This document shows, one piece after another, positions 52,381 through 64,000 of a stretch of 64,000 bases of DNA (position 1 is its first letter; every line of letters begins with the position of its first letter). Position numbers and translations under genes: made by a program. Source of the stretch: Tubiluchus corallicola (Eukaryota > Animalia > Priapulida). The DNA is taken from positions 372,001 to 436,000 of the forward strand of contig JAQGDQ010000014.1 in the NCBI GenBank assembly GCA_030141605.1, read 5' to 3'. A model generated the notes under the pieces. That model saw nothing but the letters and a program-made list of their open reading frames with translations. It was not told where the DNA came from and did not search any database.

Positions 52381-55300
52381 TATATATTACAAAAAATTTA
52401 GGAAATACAATGTATAGATTTGAGGCATGATGCAATGACATATATACATATATATACAATTACTTACTATATATAAACTAAGTATTTCTCGTTTCAACTA
52501 TTGGTAATTTTTTAGTATCTTCAAAATTTTCTACCTCCTCAATATTTAGTTATATTCATTTAATAAATTAATCTTCTCGCATCATAAATATTACCGTTAC
52601 TAAGCTCCTCAGTTTTGCTTGTAAGTCGCCATACCAAATTATTGACTAATTCAGTCTAAATTAATAATTAGTTAGGAAATGAATCCTAATTTCTTTATAC
52701 TAATGATCATTATGTCTTGTTACATTAATATAATAATAATATTTACATTATTATTATTCTACAACCCCCATGAACCATTCTAATATATAAGGGAGTGACC
52801 ACTTGGACGTACACTCTACCTACACAAGCTAAATTTGCTTATTGATTATTACTTTTGTAACTGTGTTTTAGTTTTATGTGTGAAATAAAATATCATAGTT
52901 CATAGTGGGCAGTAGCGGTGGACAGGAATCAACAGGTGGGACGTGCCATGTTTTTAAAACGCAGCAGCACCTAGACGACGATGATGTTGTCTACACTAAC
53001 TGTGTTTTTTTGTTTTTTGACCTTCTACTTTCGTTTGTTTCTATTTGGGGGCGCTTTTTCTTTCTGTCTTCTTTTGGTTTTGTCTTTGTTATGTAGATCT
53101 ATTGTGAACGTGAATCACTGCTGGGAATTGTTACAACTGTGCATTTTTCAAAGTTTAATGTAAATAGGCAAAAAAGAAACGAGAAGCCTGTTTAAAGCTA
53201 TATAATAAAAAAAGTTATTTGGGCTTAAATGTGTAGCATTGGGTTATCTGCCTACGCGTGACGTGTTTTAGGGTTCCGTTGTTACGTATGAGTATAATCG
53301 TAATATCTAGAAAACGTTACATCCAGTTTAGACGATTTTTAGAAACTTGCATGGTGTAAAATCATCTTGTGGCTGAAGTTGTGAAAAGCACTAAGCAAAC
53401 TTTTTTATTTAAAAAAAAAGAAAAGGATTTTGAGCCCTGGAAAAACGTTAATGAAAGGCTTCTGTGATTTAATGACATAGAGTTGTCGAAATTGTTATGT
53501 ATTACACCGCAAGGAGAAAATAAAATAGATTATTTATAGAGAATGAAACCAACAAACACTTATATAAAATAATACAATAATAATAATAATAAGTAAAATA
53601 ATAACACTTACACAAAACACCTGAAATTAAGTTCTGCTCAGAATATTTAAGTATACCATCTTATCAACCTGAATTATCCTTGTTGGGGACCTGATTTACA
53701 TAATTGGAGGTTATAGAAGGTTCCAGAACGTTATAGAAGGATCGCTACGGTATTCAGATCATTCCAAATATTCTGTTGTATTACGTGCATCAGAGATCTA
53801 TTTGCTTCGAGAAATTATATTTGGATTTTTTCCCTAACTGTTTTGCATAATAGTATATTAATGTAGTTCTGTTGCAATTGCTGTAATTATATTTGATTTT
53901 TCCTAGCTATAATGCGTAATAGTTATAAGAGATAACACAAATTGCAATGTAAAATTATATGCTGAAGTAGATAATAAATTACAAAAAAATTTACAACTAC
54001 ATCGTCCCCGGCAACAATGCACGCGTGATGACGTAGACAGTGGTTAATCAATAAAACGGGGCATTTAATAACAAATAGATCAGAGGCTGACTGAATTATT
54101 TTTTGTATTATGAGCGTGTTTTGAATTTCTGCGTGTTGCTGACAATATACAACCACATATATCCTTTATATGTGGGCGAATACATACAACCCTGTTCGAA
54201 GGTACTGTGATAGGTACTTTTAAAAAGTACTTTGATAACCTTTTAATACAATATGTAACCTTTAGTATAATATGTAATTTTAGATGTAGTTGTATTATAC
54301 GAAGTAATTTGTGATTTTAGATTGGTAATTTGTGATTGAACCTAGATAGAAGTAAAATCTAAAAGGGGAAGGAAAATATAAATTTTAACTTCATCTCTCT
54401 TTTTCTCGAGTGCTTTTTATTGCAGTTTTATTGTTTTATATGTATGTATAATGTATTTTATCTAATGTGCGCAACTTTTACGTGTAACATGTAATAGTTT
54501 TTAAATCATTGAATAAATAAAAATTTACTCTTAAAAAAGGTAATATTTTCACAACCAGACACATTTTGCAAGGTGGTATAAGACCCCCTTGGGGCACCGA
54601 GGCGCGCAAAGATTTTTTCAAAATTGAATATTTGATGTCTACATGTAAACTTTCATAAAACTTGCAGATAGCTGCTCTTATAATTATCATATGTCTATGC
54701 AACTAGGTTAACAATAATTACTAATAAAAAAAAGTAAGTGTGGCGTGATGAGTATAGTGATGTTTGAGAATGCGAATGTAAGTTTCTTTCGGCCTGGGGG
54801 TAGTAAAAAGTGCTTGTTATCGAGGGGGTGGGTGTTGAATGGTTGTTGTGAGGCCTTTCTTAGCTGTTGGGCCCCGGAACAAAGTACCAGTTGAACCACC
54901 CTCTCATAGGCCCTGATCAGACGTAATGTTTCCGAGAGTGACAAAATCTTATTTATCACTTAACTACGCCTGATCCAGTATAGTTTACTCATGTCAAAAA
55001 CATACAAGCATGAAAAGCAGAACAGCAAGTGGATGTATTTAATGTCGACTCATACAAACACACAAACACTATGCTCGAGGGTAATATTTCATAATGTTTC
55101 GAGAATAAATAACAAAGGTACCGCAAAGTAGAAAATGCCATGCGTTATGATGCGTATGTCTTGTTCAGCTAAAATCAGCTTTCTTTTAGTGACAACAAAC
55201 TGGGCCTTTTGCTCGCCATTTGGTGACATTTATATTTTGCTGGGCGCCATTAGTGAAAAGCCACTGGCGAAAATTAAATTTACCTCGCAGGAAAACTTAT

Positions 55301-56499
55301 ATTTCTGTAACGCATAAACATTGTAATACTTATTATATATGTAAATATATAATAAATAAAATAAACTGTGTATACGTACCATTTTCATTTCAGTCTCATT
55401 GCTATTTTAAAAGAACTCAATTTTTATTCCTGGATTTTGTGAATTTTGTTCACAAATTGCAAGATGAATTTTATGCCGTGCGAGTTTCTAGAAAACAATG
55501 TAAAGAGGATACAACGTTTTCTAATTAGGATTATTTTCACGCGAATCCTACTCCTGTTAGTGACGTCATACTTCTACATAGTACAGAACCAAAGTTTTTA
55601 ATGGTTTCTCAGTTTTTTGCACAGTTGCGCCTAAACTTTGAAAAACAAGAATTCTCGACAGTGATCTATTTGTGCAGTGTATTTATATAACAAACACGAA
55701 ATTAAAGAAAGCTAGAAGAAAAAAGATAAATAAAAACGTGATAGGTAAAACGACATAGGACAAAAAACACATAAAAATAGACAACATAAAAGGGCAATTG
55801 CAATAAAAACAACGTGAGAAAGGTAAAAAGTGTGCAGTAGGCAAAAGATAGCGGTATTAGAGCGATAGCAGTACAAGAAACACTGTCAATAAAACAATAA
55901 TAGCAAAAAAAGACAAAATTAAATATACAGTAGCAAAGGTAAAATAAACAGAGTTAAAATGTAATAAACAGAAAATAAAAATTAATAAGGAAGACCAAAG
56001 TTAAAAACGACAAAAACAGTTGTAATTGTTCAAATTAATTTTAAACATTGTGGAACGCAGATTTGGCTCGTGCTATTAGAATTTAAGGGAAAAAACAAGT
56101 CACTCAGCATATAGGGTTTGTTTTGCCTATTATCACTTGGACTTAGAAAAATATGACAAAGAACTTTGCAAAAATTGTCTAACATGTATGATATTAATTT
56201 ATACTACTGCTGTATTGAAATTCGCTAACAAGGTTGCAGCTGCCATTCACTTGAACATTGTGACATAACTGGTGGACTTCGTAACTCATTTCATTGTTTT
56301 CATTTCATTTAATACGCAGTGTTTTTAAAAAATATTAAAAAAATTAACAAGAAAGCCTAAAATCTGAAAGCAAAATAAAACGTATATAGAGCACAGAATA
56401 AAAGTTTGCAGATATAAGGTTTAGTTATAAGATTACGGATAAATGCACAAAGAGTCAAGGCTACTTACAGGTTGTTAAAAATAACTGATTATTAAAATT

Positions 56500-57700
56500 T
56501 ACCACTTTTAAACGTTTTTTAAAAAGTTTGCTATCCTGAGCACAGACCGAAGGGGCACTGCCGACAGACCCAGGGAGTCGATTCTAGATATTGGTATTCT
56601 GTTTGAGAAAAAGTTTTTAAAAAATCAAGTCGGCAGTGAGTGGGCTGTAACTTCAAACGGTGATACCTTGTTACTTTAGATAAAGGTGCTTTGCTAAAAA
56701 TACATCTTTGTCTATTGTACTGTCTACAGAATAACACATTGTTAGATCATAGTGTGTTCGACGAAGTTCAAGTGACTTAAAAATACTGATCGGTCAGTTA
56801 ATGACATGCTGTCAAGATTTCACCCAGCAAAATATAGCCTTTTTCATAAGAACATTGTGGCTTACCATAAGGCGCACGCTGCTTAAACTAATTCAGATTT
56901 CTAATGTCCGTACAAACTAGCTATTTAATTTTTTTGCAAAAACTTATTAGGCCCACTCTTATTCAATTTAGCAACGATTTTAATGCTTACGTACAAACTA
57001 AAACAAACATCTTTGAAACCAGATGACACACGGACGGCTACATTTACACCTAAGTCTATAATTAATGAAGCCGTGAGTAGTCTCACTGATGTGCTACCTA
57101 CTATACATATTTGGTGGCACACACTTTTTGAACAACAAAATTCAGATACCTCCTAATGCGCGCAATATAGTAGTAATCTTTGACTCGAATTTAAACCGAG
57201 TTGAACATATAGACTGTCTCTAATAAATGCACAAGAACACTTCTCAATGTTATTAAAAATTGTACATCACATCATTTGCTGATGCACAAATTATAAATAG
57301 TTTAGTATTATCACGTAAGCGCTATGGTTTGTTTGTGTATAATAATGCTGCAGATTTTCATTTTGACAAGATTCAAAAGATTATAAATTTTGCAGTTAGT
57401 GTCATGTCGAATCAGCGAAAATATGACCAGATATCCAACATCATCATAAATTTGAAACTTTTGTTTGTTTTCAATTGTAATATGATCGCAAGGACAACTA
57501 GACAGTCAAATTTACTTTTTACTTTCTTCATCAAAATCTAATTCTGTCACAACACTGTTTATAGTCAGGGCAAGCAAGCATTACAATTTGTATGCAATCA
57601 AAACTGAATTAAATAAAACTACAAAATTTGATACATTTAAAAAGAAACGTAGGGAACTTCTTATAAATAGTGGTTGGCTACAATGCATTTTATTTTTTTT
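56500..57700 (+). mobile_element. Decayed L2/CR1-group LINE RT 3' half
   Basis: Relics QG.SIL (~56570-56587), ARNIVVIFDSNLNRVEHID (~57158-57215) and IINSLVLSRKRYG...KIQKIINFAVSV...RKYDQISNII..LK.L. Confidence 0.7.
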
Positions 57701-60231
57701 AACTTCAATCAACCCTTCACAACCGTGCGTTTATCTAATAATTATTAATTTATTATTATTTTATTTTTTTGTATTGATTATTTAATATTCTTTATTTTCC
57801 AAATACCATAGTAAGCCGTCCAAAGAAATACCTCATTTATGGGGAAGTTACATCTAACGTAAAAATAAACAAATAAACAATCATTTTACTGTTGACGAAA
57901 ATTGACAGGATACTGCTTTTCGTCACTTGATGAATGACATCATTGGTGGAGGAATGGGTGTTCAAAAGGGAGCACCCGAACGTGAAATGATCGCGACTTT
58001 AACGTGATTTTACTAATTACCCAAAGCGATTATCACACCTTTATTACCAAATTCTAACATTTTTCCTGAAATTTGAAATATAAGCTTTATAAGCTTAACT
58101 TATCAAAAGGCTTAGCCTTTGCTTTAAACATTATCAAGTCACCTATACAGTCATAATAAAAATAAGGTCAGTCAAACTTCGTCAGAACGCCCCTAATATT
58201 TAGCAAACCAAAATGTCTATATTTGCATAGATATAAATGTATTAACGCATCTCGTTATAATGCCAAACTAACTATAATGCCAACTTTTTTTGCAATTCCA
58301 AAGCAGGCAGAATCAAGAGGTATAAATGATTTTTTCCAAAATGATATTTTTCTTTGAATTAAACTGTTTGTTTCACTTGTTTATTTTACTTCTCTCTTCG
58401 TGGTCTTTTTGTGGTTTTCCGTTTCTCTTCATTTGTTTATCACACACATTGAAAAATGCATTGTCTTGTCCTTTATTAGTGGTTTCATTATTTGTTTTAC
58501 AAGGTTTGTTGATCAGGAGGTCCTTTATCAGGGGGCCTTGATATTCCTTGATTTACAAGCTCTTCTAGCATTGTGCGATGGCTACCTTGCAATTGTGAAT
58601 TGTATTATTCGGGTCCTAGCGGTAAACAAAAGCTTGTTTGATGAATGAAGCTAACTTGCTAGCCGATTTTCCTGCTGTAGTTAGCTAGTTTTCATGCACT
58701 GATGCTTGCGGTTCGTGATTTCTCGCCTGATTTACAGTTCATTTTCTCTCGCTTATAATTCAGCTGCATATATGAAGCCCTCGTCACATTCACTAATCAG
58801 GCGCTCTGGTTTGGCTTCGCAAGCGCCTTTATCGTGGCATTCCACATGCCAGAAAACAACAGGGGCTGATTAGAGGCGTGGTGGGCGGGCAGTGAGGCAA
58901 ACGTTCAAGAAGGAATGTTGACATGTTTCCAACATATTTCAAATGAACGTCTGGTCAATAAAACATGAGTTTTTCTCGTAATTTCTGCTAAATTTCAATC
59001 TCGACCTATAATACAAAATGCAAAAAGATATTAAATGTTTGTGGTATGGTATGTCCCAAAACTGTTTGAAGTTTGGAAGTAGACTTTTTCTTATTTCTTC
59101 TTCTTTTTCCTGTTCTTTTCCATTATTATTCTGTTAATTTGACTAGTTGCGCGGCGGTTTAGCATTAGCCGTCGTAGCGGCGCTTATGTGCCGGGAGCAG
59201 CAGCGTAGATTTAGCTTCTGATTGAAACGGAATATGCAGCTAGGTAATAAGAGCCATAATGTCTAATCATAGGCCAATTTTTAATCTATAAAACGCGGAA
59301 AACTATTAATTTTACGAGGTTGTAAAATGGAGCTGAATAAGATCTTATCGGTGCTTGTAGGCTATTTCTACTGATGGTTGCTCTAGGATTGTGTCATCAA
59401 TTGAGTATCAATGTCAACATTCTTATTGGAAATATAATTTTTCTCGTTTTAAGGGAAAACGCCAATTTCCTACTTCAGTAGTGTTTAAAAACATTTTTAT
59501 TGCCAGTATTCCTGCATTTTTGTTTTTAAACTTAATTAATGGCGGGCGAACCCAACTAGTGATGACGTCACAAACGAACATAATTTTCAACAGCAAAAAC
59601 ATTCCATGAGTGGGTCGCACGTGTTTGTGAAAGAAAATTGAAATACAGTGCTACTGTACAACATTCAATGTAATATACAAAAACTCAGCGAATTTTAAAA
59701 TAAAAATTTAAAGTTAAAATTTAACGCAATGCTCACGCATGAGCTCTCGAACGTGTGCATCACGTCACAAATGAACAGATCTGAACTGAGAGGTACAACA
59801 CCTGCTTTTTATGCAACGCGTTTGGCGAAATGCATGTAACAGCGAAGAACTAGCCGCGGGAGCACGATATTAGTTTTGTGTAGTAATAATTCTTTCACGT
59901 AAGCCATTTTTTAAAAAAATCGCATGTAGAGAACATAGAGAACAAAACCCTATAGAGAACATTGAATTAAATAATGCTGAATAAAGTTTTTCTTTTGCAT
60001 TTTTGTTTTTGTTTTGAAAGAAACGCTCTCCTTTTTCTTTAGTTTTACAGAAAACGCCATTTTTAATATTCTTAGTTTTTCTTAGTTTATTAGTTTTTGG
60101 TAAAAACGCAGTCACCTCAGCATTTTTGTTTAAAAGGAAAAGCCATTTCTTAGCAATTAATAAGTTCTTGTTTAAAAATGTCAGTTTTATCTCATTTTTG
60201 TTTGGACCCTTTCTGATTTTTCTGCAGTGTT

Positions 60232-60296
60232 CTAGAATCAACGCCCTGCAGTGTACTCGTAACTGCCCTACGAGTGTCCAGGGCTCGCAGCTACAG
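60232..60296. mobile_element. Helitron-like terminal hairpin next to CTAG
   Basis: GCCCTG (60243-60248)/CAGGGC (60279-60284) enclose ACTCGTA (60255-60261)/TACGAGT (60269-60275); CTAG at 60232-60235. Confidence 0.35.
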
Positions 60297-60409
60297 AAAA
60301 TCAATTTTTAGCTTTTTCTTCTCATTTTGTGCAAGGGCATTTTTTTCCTTTAACATTTGATTAAGCCTTATTCTGTAGTGACTCCAAGAAGTCACTATTA
60401 CTTCCAGTG

Positions 60410-61545
<1,136 letters not shown>

Positions 61546-62914
61546 TATCAGTACATCTTTGTTTTTCCTTTGATTTCGCTGTCTGCTTTTGAGCACTTGG
61601 ACAATTCGGTATTTTAGTTGCTCTCTTCTTGTATTGACAATCAACAGAAAACCTCAGCAGCTGTGAATTCTCCGCAGTTTATGGGTTTGATGACGGCGTG
61701 GAAATAACCGTGCTGCGGACATTTGCAGTTTCTACCAGCGCGCTAATCTGAAAAGATAGGAAATAGTCGAGGAGGTCGGATTTCAGCGAATTGCGAAGGT
61801 AATTTTCTCAAATCCCTAACGTCTCGTCATTTCCGCACATGAAATTTCGGCCCGGTATAGACATTCAAATGCGTTTTATTTCCTGTAGCTGACGCCGGGT
61901 AAACTATAGCTAACTCTTCTCTAGAGAACAGGTTGGCACTTCATGTGGGCAAACAAGCAATCAAACAAATTTGGTTTTACCTCTCAAAAAATAATTTTAT
62001 TGAAATTATGTATTAAATGTACTTACCAACATCAACATCAACAACAACCATTATATTTTCGCTACAAAAAGACGTATCATTTATTTATAATGTAAATGTG
62101 ATTCACACTATTTATAGTCTTATTTGTTTAAATTTCCAACATTTTTTTTCATTATCATTTATTTCGACATTCATTACAATGCATTATCAGTACAAATGCA
62201 TTCAATACAATGTATTCCATTACAATAACACATACCAGTGTCAAAAGTATAGTCGAGGAGAACTCCACTAAGGCATTAGCCGCTACGTGGCAGACAATAT
62301 TACAAGGTAAAGCCAAAATGAAGTGAAGTTATTGAAATGAGTAAAAATATTAATAATGAAATAACATTTTAATGTGATTTTCCACATCTACACTTAACGA
62401 AAATATCAAAACTTTTTTTTGCAGTAGGAAATTATTTATGTCATTTTTGCTGCACACGTAACAATCCCTAATCGTATAGATATATAATTACGTGTCCAAC
62501 TACTAATTTTTCATTTTCTGAATTATACTATGCAAACTATATTCACCAGCGCAAAACTATTTAACCTGAATATTAGCTGGAATTCGAAAGATGCCAATGT
62601 TAAGTTAACTATTCCTTAACTATTCGTTTATAATTGTTATATTGTTTTACTTAAAAACTGATTCCAAACCCAACAAACATTTTAAAAGATTCATTTTGTT
62701 TGCTGTACTATCTGTTCTATTACATGACTGTAAATGCAGCTATCAGTCTAGGCGACTCTGATTATCACTATGATTTAATTAACAGCAGTAGCAGCAGCAG
62801 CAGCGAAATGTGTGGCTTCTTTGTTTTTGCACAGGCGTGTAGTTGATAAACTGCAGGCAAACATGATCTTTCTTACAGCGTTGCAATTTGTATTGCTGAT
62901 GGGTACGTTAAACG

Positions 62915-63256
62915 CAGGGCAGGATGACCCTATAGGCTAGCATAGGCTGACGTCTAGTACTCATTTGGTATAAAAACATGTTATTTTTCGCTACGGTTAT
63001 GTTGAAATATGTGCTAATTTGGTTTATAATAAATAGTAAAATATTGATATTTTTTAAAGAATGTTTTACTGACAAGCAGAAGATAGCTATTCTTCTGTAT
63101 TTAAAGAATTTGCAATAAATTTACTTCAAGCTATATAAATGTCGCTAAAATATATCATGTGTAAAATATTCAAGACGGGTGCGAGCGTGTTTTAGAGTGG
63201 GGGAGGGCATAATTTCATTAGCCAAGAAGCTCAAAAAAGGTCGTAATTTGGCTCTG
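62915..63256. mobile_element. Interspersed repeat (hAT-like MITE), copy 2
   Basis: Starts CAGGGCAGGATG and ends TAATTTGGCTCTG (imperfect TIR). Body homologous to 41005-41282. Confidence 0.7.
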
Positions 63257-63394
63257 ATTATAGGTGCAAATGTAGGGTTGTAATCCGAGAAATCTAGTCA
63301 TAGGTAAAAAAAATCTTATTTATGATTTTTTTAAACGGCAATCGGCAAATGCGGTGATTGTTTAGGTTGATCATGCTTAATAACTACTAAAAGA

Positions 63395-63720
63395 ATAGCA
63401 GCATCAACCACTAGCACCAGCAACAACAACACAACTGTTACAAACCACCACCATCGGTAGCAACAACACAACCACTATCAGCAGCAGCAACAACACAAGC
63501 ACCATCAGCAGCGCAACACCATCAACATCACCACCATCACCGTTTCCACTGCCACCAATGCTACCACCACCACCACCAACATTAGCAGCAGAAGCAGTAA
63601 CAACAATAGCAGCACCACGAACAACAGCAGCAGTAGCAACAACAGAATCAACGTACGACTAAGCTAACAGTAGCAATTGCAGAAAGATAACAACAGTAAC
63701 GCAGTGACGACAACAATTAC
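63395..63720. repeat. Degenerate CAN trinucleotide low-complexity tract
   Basis: CAA/CAC/CAG runs visible. Confidence 0.8.
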
Positions 63721-64000
63721 ATGAATGTAGGGCGTTTACAATCTAAAGGTGTGATAAATTTTAATTGTTGTAATTGTAATTGGCTGATCATTTACCAGTT
63801 TAATTTTTTGTTGCATAGTAGTTAAACCTTTTCAGTGCTTTTCTGAAAATTTTCCTTAGAAAACGTAGCAGATTATTGAGTAAATTGGAACATTGGTTGC
63901 TGTCCCTTAGTATCACCTTTTCCAAACCTTTTCAACAGGAATTAAGAAGTTTTGATGAACTTTTGGGAGATAATTATGTGCAAATGTGTACTTTGTCTTC

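Overview
AT-rich, microsatellite-rich metazoan (probably invertebrate) genomic DNA, mostly non-coding and full of decayed LINE, SINE and DNA-transposon remnants. Only one convincing protein-coding gene is visible. It is an uninterrupted ~3.9 kb ORF (ATG 45986 to stop 49894, 1302 aa) encoding a DCDC2-like protein with TWELVE tandem doublecortin (DCX) domains: a canonical N-DC/C-DC pair plus ten acidic copies derived from C-DC. A consensus RFX X-box (ciliary-gene motif) lies about 170 bp upstream of the ATG, next to a small inverted-repeat element. Other notable structures are a near full-length decayed LINE with an in-frame nested RTE 3' end (10-bp TSD), a perfect 126-bp palindrome, a Mutator-like element with protease/PHD relics, a tandem tRNA-Thr-like pair inside an inverted repeat, a diverged ~0.9 kb tandem duplication and an orphan exon-like ORF. 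All family assignments come from motif recognition by eye; no searches were run.
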